Below the pieces are notes generated by a model, which was not told the origin of the DNA, did not search any database, and saw only the letters and a program-made list of their open reading frames with translations. From Chitinophaga pinensis (lineage in GTDB: Bacteria > Bacteroidota > Bacteroidia > Chitinophagales > LD1), in the NCBI GenBank assembly GCA_945867505.1, contig CAMBIM010000001.1, forward strand, positions 1 to 57,375: 57,375 bases of DNA, read 5' to 3'. Positions 43,429 through 52,116 of the stretch are shown in pieces; position 1 is the first letter of the stretch, and every line of letters starts with the position of its first letter. A program made the translations under genes and the position numbers.

Positions 43429-44688
43429 TCAGGCAGCCGATACGCTAAACTCGCTTTTGTAAAACCAAGTGGCAGCAATGGCGGTAAGGGCAAAATAAAT
43501 AGCTACGATTACAGAACCGAGGGGAAGAAAACTATTTAAACCGAACCAATCGCCTTTGCTGATGCTGTAAGCCACAATGCCAATCGATACCAAAACAAGG
43601 CTGGCAACGCCATATTGCTTTTTATCGAGCAGAGAAGTAAAACCGAAAATAGCGAGCAACAACAACATGCCGTTTATTAACGCTTCAGTTTTTGTGATTT
43701 CACCAAAGCGGAAAAATAAAAAGCAAAGCAGCAGAAAAATAACACTCATGTGAGTTACACTAAAAGCGCGAAACCAGTTGCTGTAAACTGGATTATATTT
43801 TTTGAGGTCGCTCATTTTTTCTACCGTAAACAACGGATACTTCTCCATTACATCGGCCGGTCGCCAACCGGTGGGCATAAACCAAAGGCGGAATTTGTCG
43901 CCTATCTTTTCCGTATGCCAAGCATCTGCCGCCAAAGTATACCAATGTTTGAAGTTGATAATATAAGGGTTCCAAGTTTGTGCCGGTCTGCGCATACCAT
44001 ACACACAAGGTTCGGTTTCCAGTTCTTCCTGGTAGGTTCCAAACATTCTATCCCAAATAATAAAAATTTGACTGTAGTTTTTATCCATGTAAATATCGTT
44101 CATAGCGTGGTGCACTCTGTGAGCCGAAGGCGTAACTAAAAGGTATTCTAGAAAACCGAGTTTGCCAATGTAGCGTGTGTGATACCAGAACTGACTGAAT
44201 AAATGAATAGGCCCAACCAAAGCCAGCACTTCAACGGGGATGCCGATGAGTGCCATAGGTATCAGCATTAAAGTGTAAACGTTGGTCATCACGGTAATCT
44301 GCTGACGAAGCGCACAAGGCAGATTAAATTCTTCGCTGCTATGATGCACTAGATGATGACTCCAGAAAAAATTAACGCGGTGCTGCAACCGGTGCGACCA
44401 ATAGCCTGTAAAATCTAAAAATACGAACACAATAATATAAGGCCAAATGCTCCCCTTAGCCCATTCCATTAAATGCAGATGCTCTTGCAAAAAAGCGTAC
44501 GAAACAATTACGAGGGTTAAGCCAAGCGTAGATTTAAGAATGTTGGTCATCCCCGAACTTAAACTTGCTATAGTGTCTATTACCGGCTGTTGTTCCTTGT
44601 GCTTCCATCTGCCCCAAATCATTTCAATTAGAATAAGTATTAGAAAGCCCGGCATGGCAATCAAGAGAATATTTCCATAAGCATTCAT
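43429..44688 (-). CDS. Fatty-acid hydroxylase / sterol desaturase superfamily membrane enzyme with an extra C-terminal polytopic domain
   Basis: About 419 aa from the ATG at 44688. Histidine boxes HRLQHR, WSHHLVHHSSEEFN and HRVHH are present. About 150 additional C-terminal residues contain four hydrophobic segments. Confidence 0.8.
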   Translation of the reverse strand: MNAYGNILLIAMPGFLILILIEMIWGRWKHKEQQPVIDTIASLSSGMTNILKSTLGLTLVIVSYAFLQEHLHLMEWAKGSIWPYIIVFVFLDFTGYWSHRLQHRVNFFWSHHLVHHSSEEFNLPCALRQQITVMTNVYTLMLIPMALIGIPVEVLALVGPIHLFSQFWYHTRYIGKLGFLEYLLVTPSAHRVHHAMNDIYMDKNYSQIFIIWDRMFGTYQEELETEPCVYGMRRPAQTWNPYIINFKHWYTLAADAWHTEKIGDKFRLWFMPTGWRPADVMEKYPLFTVEKMSDLKKYNPVYSNWFRAFSVTHMSVIFLLLCFLFFRFGEITKTEALINGMLLLLAIFGFTSLLDKKQYGVASLVLVSIGIVAYSISKGDWFGLNSFLPLGSVIVAIYFALTAIAATWFYKSEFSVSAA

Positions 44689-44817
44689 GACTACAAAATT
44701 TTGTAAGTAATAATCGGAATTTTTTCTGACGCTAACTTCACTAAATATTTTCACCACAAAAGCGGGTGTAAACAATTTGCTTATTACTTTGCCGTCCTTA
44801 AATACAATTCGAAAATT

Positions 44818-46236
44818 ATGAGCAAACAAATCAGCGCATTTACCAACGATGCATTAGGGAATTTAGATGCCGTAGGTGTGGCAGAAGCTATTGCTAAAAA
44901 GCAAGTAACCGTACAAGAAGTAACCGAAGCGGCAATTGCGCGAGCCGAAAAAGTAAACGGTGAGTTGAATGCCATTGTAATAAAAACGTATGATGATGCG
45001 CGCAACTACAACACGCTTGCAAAAGACGGTGCGCTGTATGGCGTTCCTGCTTTTATAAAAGATAACGAAAATATTAAAGGCTATCCTACGCAATTAGGTA
45101 CGGGTTCGTTCACTTCGAAAATTGCGAAGAAGAATAGCCGCTTCGTGAACCAGTTCCATTCTACCGGAACAAACAGTTTAGGTAAAAGCACTTTGCCCGA
45201 GTTCGGTTTAATATGTAGCACCGAAAACGAACGTTGGGGTATTACGCGCAACCCGTGGAATACCGATTACACCACCGGTGGCTCTTCTTCAGGTTCCGGT
45301 GCATTGGTGGCGAGTGGCGTAGTTCCAATTGCTTCGGCTAATGATGGCGCTGGTTCTATACGCATACCTGCCGCCTGTTGCGGATTGGTGGGATTGAAAC
45401 CCACGCGCCACCGGTTAGTACCCATGGACGGCTCGGAGTTGATGCCTTTGCAAATTGTTTATGAAGGAGTGCTTACCAGAAGTGTTCGCGATACGGCAGC
45501 GTTTTTTGCAGCAGCCGAAAAGTTTTATAAAAATCCGAAGCTGCCGCAGTTGGGTCATGTAACGCAAGCCTCAAAGAAAAAATTGCGTATTGTGTTTTTC
45601 GAAAATCCTGCTGCAGGTAAAGGCGCACATCAAGATGCCGAAACCTATCGTGTACAATTAGAAACTGCGGCATTGTTGCAATCGAAGGGGCATACTGTTG
45701 AACAACTTCCGCTTCCTATTGATATAGAAGCGATGACGAACCACTACTTGATGTATTACGGCTTTCTGGCTTATATGATAAGCCACCATGGCCGTTTAGT
45801 TTTAGGCACTAAAGTGAACCACGAAGTGCTGGAGCCATTCACTTTAGGGCTAAGCAAAAAATTTAAGGATAATAAATTGAAACTACCGCGCAGTATCAAA
45901 ACGCTGCGCCAGGTTGGTGCCGATACCGAAAAACTTTTTGATACATATGATATTATTATGACTCCTGTGCTGGCACACACTACACCACAAATCGGTCACT
46001 TTTCTCCGAACCTTTCTTATGAAGAAGTATCGAAACGTGCAGTAGAATTTGCTACTTATTGCGGCTTGCAAAACATCACGGGCGCACCAGCTATTTCGCT
46101 GCCTATGGGTAAAACTGAGAATGGTATGCATGTAGCAGTACAGTTCTGTGCCCCCTTTGGTTTAGACCAACGTTTGCTCGAACTGGCTTACGAAGTGGAA
46201 GAGGCTAAACCTTGGAAGTTGCTTTATAACGGATGA
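44818..46236 (+). CDS. Amidase (amidase-signature family)
   Basis: 472 aa with the AS-family Gly/Ser-rich signature TTGGSSSGSGALVASG...GSIRIPAACCGLVGLKPT. Confidence 0.9.
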   Translation: MSKQISAFTNDALGNLDAVGVAEAIAKKQVTVQEVTEAAIARAEKVNGELNAIVIKTYDDARNYNTLAKDGALYGVPAFIKDNENIKGYPTQLGTGSFTSKIAKKNSRFVNQFHSTGTNSLGKSTLPEFGLICSTENERWGITRNPWNTDYTTGGSSSGSGALVASGVVPIASANDGAGSIRIPAACCGLVGLKPTRHRLVPMDGSELMPLQIVYEGVLTRSVRDTAAFFAAAEKFYKNPKLPQLGHVTQASKKKLRIVFFENPAAGKGAHQDAETYRVQLETAALLQSKGHTVEQLPLPIDIEAMTNHYLMYYGFLAYMISHHGRLVLGTKVNHEVLEPFTLGLSKKFKDNKLKLPRSIKTLRQVGADTEKLFDTYDIIMTPVLAHTTPQIGHFSPNLSYEEVSKRAVEFATYCGLQNITGAPAISLPMGKTENGMHVAVQFCAPFGLDQRLLELAYEVEEAKPWKLLYNG

Positions 46237-46252
46237 TAAAAAAGTGTAGCTT

Positions 46253-46597
46253 CTACTCGTAGCTTCCTTCTTCTTTCTTCAACAACTCACCTTTGGCAGA
46301 ATAAACTACCATAAAATTTTTAGCCCCTTTAAATGCTGTAATCTCATAGGTTAAAACTTTATCCGGTGTTTCGGTTTCAAAAGCGCGCTGCACTTTACTA
46401 GGCACTACTGCATATTTGGCTTCGCTTTGGGTTTGCAGCCATTTCCCGGTATTATCAAATAAAGCACTCTGCCGTTTTTTACCGTTAAAGAACTGTACTT
46501 CATAGATTTCTGTTCCGGTTTTTATCCAGCCAGGTTGCGAGCCATTCGGAAACTTTACATTAAAGCCATTTGCCGCAGACGCTGGAACTTTATCCAT
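46253..46597 (-). CDS. PepSY-like (DUF2874-type) small secreted protein; annotated from the first ATG but probably starts further upstream
   Basis: 114 aa from the ATG. The pattern VP..V...F...P......W......YEV.F is PepSY-like. The in-frame upstream codons encode a complete signal peptide with no ATG, GTG or TTG start (see findings). Confidence 0.55.
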   Translation of the reverse strand: MDKVPASAANGFNVKFPNGSQPGWIKTGTEIYEVQFFNGKKRQSALFDNTGKWLQTQSEAKYAVVPSKVQRAFETETPDKVLTYEITAFKGAKNFMVVYSAKGELLKKEEGSYE

Positions 46598-46699
46598 CGT
46601 CAGCTTTTGTGCAGAACTGAATGCAACTGCTATGATGAAAAATAAAAAGAAGATAAGTTTTTTTATTGTAGAGGAAATTGAAATAAGATATACAAATGA

Positions 46700-47194
46700 T
46701 TATTTGCTTACTGGCGGTGTAGGCATTGACAATTCTTTTCCTGCGTAATAGGAATACTTTATGTTATAATAGTCTTTGTCCTTTACTGCAACCATCTCCC
46801 GTAATACAAGATTGTGAGTTTCGTAACTGCCAACGCGTTTATCATAGTGCCGGTTATCTCTAATCGGGTTGTAGCCTGACTTGAGAACGGCATGAACAAT
46901 TTTTGCGTATTCTTCTTTGCTTTCTGTAAAATAATCTACTTCCACAGACCTCGCGCCTTCGCTGTCTTTAATTGAAGTGACATAAATTATTTCTCGGGTG
47001 GCGCGGTTTATCAATTTCAGTTTAATATTTTCTCCGCTACTACTATCCTGCTTAACGGTAAAATCTTTTTTCGCTAAATATTCTTTTGGGCTTTTAACCG
47101 AATTCATTCTTTCGAAATCTTTAAGGCTTACTGATTGTGCAAAGCAAAATATGATAGCTATGATTAAGAATAGAAATAGAGAAAGTTTTTTCAT
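46700..47194 (-). CDS. Hypothetical secreted protein
   Basis: 164 aa with signal peptide MKKLSLFLFLIIAIIFCFAQ. No family recognised. Confidence 0.5.
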   Translation of the reverse strand: MKKLSLFLFLIIAIIFCFAQSVSLKDFERMNSVKSPKEYLAKKDFTVKQDSSSGENIKLKLINRATREIIYVTSIKDSEGARSVEVDYFTESKEEYAKIVHAVLKSGYNPIRDNRHYDKRVGSYETHNLVLREMVAVKDKDYYNIKYSYYAGKELSMPTPPVSK

Positions 47195-47250
47195 GGCAGT
47201 GAAAATAAAAATGTGGGAGGAATTTGTTTGCCTGCATTACCAAACTGCAT

Positions 47251-47292
47251 GAAACAACAAAGCCGCTCTTTTCGAAGCGGCTTTGTTGTTTC
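47251..47292. terminator. Perfect 17-bp hairpin downstream of the free-standing SCP2 gene
   Basis: gaaacaacaaagccgct / agcggctttgttgtttc with an 8-nt loop, 16 nt past the stop at 47308. Confidence 0.7.
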
Positions 47293-47307
47293 AGCTATTT
47301 TAGTGGT

Positions 47308-47604
47308 TTATTTAAACAGCGATTGCAGTTTCATAGCAAGACCCATATCGCCTTTCACTTTAATTTTGCCACTCATAAAAGCTGTCATCGGGTTTACCGT
47401 GCCGCTTATCATGCCTTGTAAATCATCCTGAGATACGCTGATGGTACAATCAGCTTCTTTATCATCTCCGGTAACCACGTTAGTGTCGCCAGTGCCATCA
47501 ATAAAAATTTTGTTTTCGCCAAAATCGAATTTCAACGTTTTGCCCAGAGCCGGAGCTTTACTTGCGCTTGCGCCTAATGTTGCCAGAATTGTTTCGAATG
47601 CCAT
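47308..47604 (-). CDS. SCP2 sterol/lipid-carrier domain protein (free-standing; direct-repeat copy B)
   Basis: 98 aa. It matches the C-terminal domain of the ACAD fusion at 85 of 98 positions, counted by eye. Confidence 0.85.
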   Translation of the reverse strand: MAFETILATLGASASKAPALGKTLKFDFGENKIFIDGTGDTNVVTGDDKEADCTISVSQDDLQGMISGTVNPMTAFMSGKIKVKGDMGLAMKLQSLFK

Positions 47605-47656
47605 GTTGTTTTGTATTTAGATTTAGTGAATAATTAGTACTGTTTAGTTAAGCAGA

Positions 47657-49102
47657 CTACTGCACTACCAATTTACGGTGTGCGGCTTGCCCTTGTTTAT
47701 TGCGAAGTTCTACTGAATAGAAGCCAGCAGCAAAATTGCTGATGTCTACAGTTTCGGTATCGTATGAAAGCCCTTTGCGGTAAACCACGCGACCGTTCAT
47801 ATCAAGTATTGACAAATCAAATTCTCCTTCTTGTTTTACAATCTTCAATTGATTGGTAGCCGGGTTCGGAAAAATGCGGAAGGCCATTCCTTCTTCTTCT
47901 TGTATACCTGTTGTGCATTGGGTTATTTTACCAAGCAGATACAAAGCAGCCGAAGTAATGGCAGGCTCTACACATCCGGCATGGTTTAAATTTCCAAAAT
48001 TCTGTATCTCAATACTTGGTGCTCCGTTGGCTCTCCAAGCCGTATCGGCACGCACAGCGTTCAGGTAATTTACCTGATCATCACTAAAGCAATAATGGAT
48101 TTTTACCGGATTCTGCGGAGCCCAACCAAGCAAATCATTCTCTGCTAAAATTAGACGAAGAGGGTGTAGCGTGTCGGTAGAAAATTCAGCAATAACAGAA
48201 TCTTTAATCATGTTGCGCGGCACGGGGTCGCAGTACTGGTCGATATAACCGGTAGAACGAATTTTACTATAGAACAAAGGAGGAATAACAGTGTCATACG
48301 GACTTTTAAAAACATCTGAAGGAGTGGGATACTTTTGGCGCAAAGCAGGATATACCGAATGATAGCCTAATAATAGATAAGGCAAATAACTAGGTGCTGA
48401 AAAAGGAACGGTAGAAAGCATTACTTCTACCATGGTCTTCTTTAAATCGTAAGGGCCAGACATTGGCGCACTAGCAATTACATTAAACTCGTTAGGGAAT
48501 TGTTCCTGTATTAGTTTGTTGGTGGCCATAGTGGTATAGCCGCCTTGTGAGTAACCGGTCAACAATACCTCTCCGCTTAACGGCAAGCTAAGTGTATCTG
48601 CCAATTGGCGAGCGGCACGCATAATATTTACAGATGCGTAACCCGAATGAAAAGCATTAACATACGGATGAATTATAATACTGCTGTCGCTATCGCCTAA
48701 GCCCAGTTCATCGGGCATGGCGGTAAGCACACCTCCAATACCCCCGAAGAAAAGACCAATAGGTCTTTCAGGACCCTCATAGCTTGGCACCTCTAAACGT
48801 TTAGCAAACGTACCATGCGCATAGCAACCCAATGCCGCAGGACAGAGCAAGTTTTTAGGAACCACTACAATTCCCGATGCATTAACCAGCGAGTCGATAT
48901 GCTTATACGGTGTTTTATAAATTACCTGATATATATCTACATCGTATTGAGGTAAGATGGGCAAAGCAAAACCGGTAGTGCTCAAAAAGCTATCTAACTC
49001 GTTCGCAGTAAAGCTTTGCTGAATACGATACGAAACTAATTGTGCATTAGAGGTATGATGAAATAGAAAAAAAACGGCAAGAGCAGTAAATAGTTTTTTC
49101 AA
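47657..49102 (-). CDS. Secreted alpha/beta-hydrolase lipase with a T9SS C-terminal sorting domain
   Basis: 481 aa with a TTG start and signal peptide KKLFTALAVFFLFHHTSNAQ. Nucleophile elbow GYSQGG. The C-terminal FRIFPNPATNQLKIV...GFYSVELRN... looks like a T9SS CTD. Confidence 0.7.
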   Translation of the reverse strand: MKKLFTALAVFFLFHHTSNAQLVSYRIQQSFTANELDSFLSTTGFALPILPQYDVDIYQVIYKTPYKHIDSLVNASGIVVVPKNLLCPAALGCYAHGTFAKRLEVPSYEGPERPIGLFFGGIGGVLTAMPDELGLGDSDSSIIIHPYVNAFHSGYASVNIMRAARQLADTLSLPLSGEVLLTGYSQGGYTTMATNKLIQEQFPNEFNVIASAPMSGPYDLKKTMVEVMLSTVPFSAPSYLPYLLLGYHSVYPALRQKYPTPSDVFKSPYDTVIPPLFYSKIRSTGYIDQYCDPVPRNMIKDSVIAEFSTDTLHPLRLILAENDLLGWAPQNPVKIHYCFSDDQVNYLNAVRADTAWRANGAPSIEIQNFGNLNHAGCVEPAITSAALYLLGKITQCTTGIQEEEGMAFRIFPNPATNQLKIVKQEGEFDLSILDMNGRVVYRKGLSYDTETVDISNFAAGFYSVELRNKQGQAAHRKLVVQ

Positions 49103-49236
49103 GTGATGGCTTTGTTAGTAATAATAGAAAAATTTTATTGACGAATTATAAAACTGATTTGTTGTAGGCTATCCGACAACAAAGAGCAGAATTAAAGATA
49201 TAAACAAACCAAACAGATTTTTGTTGAACAATTTTT

Positions 49237-51336
49237 TTATTCCACCATTTTCAAAAATGCTTCTTCCGTTAACACTGTAGTCGAAGAAATCTTTTTCGCC
49301 TTGGCAAGTTTGCTGCCGGCATCTTCACCAACCACCAAGTAGTTAAGATTCGCAGAAACTCCACTCAATAATTTACCACCATTTTCTTCTACCAGTTGTT
49401 TGGCGCGGTCGCGGGTAAACTGTTGCAAAGAGCCCGTAAACAGGAAGGTTTTGCCTTGCAGCTTATTATTTTTAGAAAGAGAATCTTCTGGGCGATTCTC
49501 GGTATTTACTTCAAAATTTTTCAGCTCTTTAAGCAAATGAATATTGGCTTGGTTTTGAAAGAAATCGAAAATACTTTGTGCTACCTTGGGGCCAATGCCT
49601 TCTATGTTCGTCAAGTCTTCCACACTCATTTTTTCTAAATCGAAAATGGTGTGAATGTGTTGTGCCAAATCTTTAGAAGTAGTAACCCCCACATGACGAA
49701 TGCCCAACGCATTCAATAATCGCCATAGTGGGCGGTTTTTCGAATCTTCGATACCAGCTTTAAGATTGCTTACACTTTTTTCTTTCCAGCCTTCTAGCTT
49801 CAAAATTTCAACATAAGGCAAGCGATACAGGTCCTCTATATTTTTAATAAAACCCCGCTGAATAAATTCGATGATAGTAGAACTTCCACAGCCGTCAATA
49901 TCCATTGCATCCTTGCTTACAAAGTGAATAGCCCGCTCTTCGGTTTGCGCTGGGCAGTCCACATTATCGCAGCGCCAAATTGCATCTTCTTCAGGCTTCA
50001 CTAAAGGCGAATTACAGGAAGGGCAAGTGCGCGGAAACTTAATTTTTACTTCGCTGCCATTTCGCAAATGAGGAACTGAACCAACTATGTAAGGAATTAC
50101 TTCACCTGCTCTTTCTACAATCACCGTATCACCCAACAACAAATCTTTTTCTAGAATAAAGCCTTCATTGTGTAGCGAGATAGAAGAAATTGTTACGCCA
50201 GCTAACGGCACCGGTTCAATCTTGGCCACAGGAGTTATTGCTCCTGTTCTGCCCACTTGAAATTCTACATCCATAAGTTTGCTCTGTGCCTGTTTGGCAG
50301 CAAACTTATAAGCAATTGCCCAACGAGGATGGTGCGAAGTGCTGCCGCATTGCTGCTGCATTTTCAGCGAATTTACTTTCACCACCATGCCGTCAGTTTC
50401 TATTTGAAAGGATAAACGTTTTGCATCCCAGGTGTTGATGAAATTATCAACTTCCTGTGTGCTGGTACAAACTTTTAACTGTGTGAGAGGAGTTTTGAAG
50501 CCGCAGTTGTAAAGCATTTCTATTACTGCATAATGCGAAAGCAGTTTTTCTGCAATCAAATTCTTTCCGTTGGCATCTTCAGCAAAACTTACATGATAAA
50601 GAATGGCTTCTAATCCGCGTTGGGCTACTTCGTTCGGGTCTTTCATGCGCAAAGAACCGGAAGCGGTGTTGCGTGAATTTTGAAAACCTTTTTCCCCTTT
50701 AGCAATACGTTCGGCATTTTTCTTTTCAAAAATTTCTTTGGTGATTATTACCTCACCACGAATTTCAATTTTATGAATTCCGAATTTTGAAAACGGAGCA
50801 GAAAGCGGAATTGAAGGAATTGCCTTGGCATTGTTGGTGATGTCTTCGCCCACCGTTCCATCGCCACGCGTTGCAGCACGAACAAGCATGTCATTTTCGT
50901 AAACCAATGCAATACTTGCTCCATCAAATTTTGGCTCTACACAATATTCAATTTCAGAAGTTTTAACCAAGTCAGTTACTCTGCGATTGAATTCTTCAAT
51001 GTCGCTAAGGTTGTAAGAGTTCTCCAGTGAAAGCATGGAAGCTAAGTGAGAAACAGATTCAAATTCGTTCGTAAGCGCTCGTGCTACGCGTTGAGTTGGA
51101 GAGTCTTCAGTTACAAGATTTGGATGTAGAGATTCAAGTTCTTTTAGTTTTTTGAAGAATAAGTCGTAATCAAAATCAGTAATAAGTGGTTCGCTTAAAA
51201 CGTAGTAACGCCAATCGTGATAATTAATGACTTTGCGAAGTGCAATTGCTTTTTCTTCTTCAGAAAAATTGTTTTCTGATTTAAGAAGTTGTTGCGAAAG
51301 ATGGTTGAGTTCTTCTACTTGTTCCTTTGAATACAT
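49237..51336 (-). CDS. ligA: NAD-dependent DNA ligase
   Basis: 699 aa. It has the adenylation motif CVEPKFDGASI and the Zn-finger cysteines (CPSC...CDNVDCPAQ), followed by HhH and C-terminal BRCT (GKTFLFTGSL) domains. Confidence 0.97.
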   Translation of the reverse strand: MYSKEQVEELNHLSQQLLKSENNFSEEEKAIALRKVINYHDWRYYVLSEPLITDFDYDLFFKKLKELESLHPNLVTEDSPTQRVARALTNEFESVSHLASMLSLENSYNLSDIEEFNRRVTDLVKTSEIEYCVEPKFDGASIALVYENDMLVRAATRGDGTVGEDITNNAKAIPSIPLSAPFSKFGIHKIEIRGEVIITKEIFEKKNAERIAKGEKGFQNSRNTASGSLRMKDPNEVAQRGLEAILYHVSFAEDANGKNLIAEKLLSHYAVIEMLYNCGFKTPLTQLKVCTSTQEVDNFINTWDAKRLSFQIETDGMVVKVNSLKMQQQCGSTSHHPRWAIAYKFAAKQAQSKLMDVEFQVGRTGAITPVAKIEPVPLAGVTISSISLHNEGFILEKDLLLGDTVIVERAGEVIPYIVGSVPHLRNGSEVKIKFPRTCPSCNSPLVKPEEDAIWRCDNVDCPAQTEERAIHFVSKDAMDIDGCGSSTIIEFIQRGFIKNIEDLYRLPYVEILKLEGWKEKSVSNLKAGIEDSKNRPLWRLLNALGIRHVGVTTSKDLAQHIHTIFDLEKMSVEDLTNIEGIGPKVAQSIFDFFQNQANIHLLKELKNFEVNTENRPEDSLSKNNKLQGKTFLFTGSLQQFTRDRAKQLVEENGGKLLSGVSANLNYLVVGEDAGSKLAKAKKISSTTVLTEEAFLKMVE

Positions 51337-51339
51337 GAA

Positions 51340-52071
51340 TCAATTTAAAAATAAAACACCTACTCTTAAACTCATCATCTGCATTACATTCGGTTCTTTC
51401 TTCTCATCATGGTCAAATAGATTATTAATGAAACCATTGTGGTAGAATAAACCAACCAGCAAAGAAGTCTTTTCATCAATACGATATTCAAAACCCGCAC
51501 CTGCACCTAAGAGAACATCAATAAAGTTTGACCAAAAACTAGGAATCGCTTTTGATACATCGTTGCCTTGTTTCAAAATATTTTCTTTCTCAATCAAAAT
51601 ATCGCCACCGGATGTAGTTGGCACTGAATCGCTGTATGTAGCGCGCGCACTTACAGTTATGTTTAGTGTAACACCCACTTGCCCCCATGCCACAAAATTT
51701 CCACCTTTAATAGGGTTTGTTTTCAGTTTTAGATAAGCAGGAATTTCTAAATAATGAAAAGCGTATTTCTCATTCACATTCCTCACTTTTAATCCTCCTA
51801 CATTTTCAAATTTGTCTCTTCCATGAATATTGCAGCCATCATAAGCACCACCAATGCCGGTAGCGAGTCCGTAGTTTTTAGCAAACCAATATTCTAACAA
51901 GAAACCGTAGCTGGTACCAAAGCGCGGCTTACCTTGTAGCAAATCTTTTCCGAAAGGTTTTGACCAAGCCACACCCGGAGAAACTTGCAAACCGATTCTA
52001 ATTTTATCGGTAATAGAAAAACCTTTTACAGCGAACGATAGAAGAATAACAAGCGTTAATATTCGTTTCAT
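51340..52071 (-). CDS. Outer-membrane beta-barrel protein (porin-family / PorT-like)
   Basis: About 243 aa from the ATG at 52071, with signal peptide MKRILTLVILLSFAVKGFS. It shows alternating amphipathic beta-strand patterning and ends in an aromatic residue context (LRVGVLFLN). It lies 3 nt upstream of ligA. Confidence 0.6.
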   Translation of the reverse strand: MKRILTLVILLSFAVKGFSITDKIRIGLQVSPGVAWSKPFGKDLLQGKPRFGTSYGFLLEYWFAKNYGLATGIGGAYDGCNIHGRDKFENVGGLKVRNVNEKYAFHYLEIPAYLKLKTNPIKGGNFVAWGQVGVTLNITVSARATYSDSVPTTSGGDILIEKENILKQGNDVSKAIPSFWSNFIDVLLGAGAGFEYRIDEKTSLLVGLFYHNGFINNLFDHDEKKEPNVMQMMSLRVGVLFLN

Positions 52072-52116
52072 TTTATAAATACATTTATGTGGGAGCAATT
52101 TCGATTTTTGCACAAT

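Noticed and set aside
41806-47604. Whether the SCP2 direct repeats mark a mobile element or genomic island
   Set aside because: The repeats are coding sequence, not terminal inverted repeats or att sites. No integrase, transposase, tRNA or target-site duplication is visible, and the intervening genes are ordinary metabolic genes. I treat it as a gene duplication and fusion.
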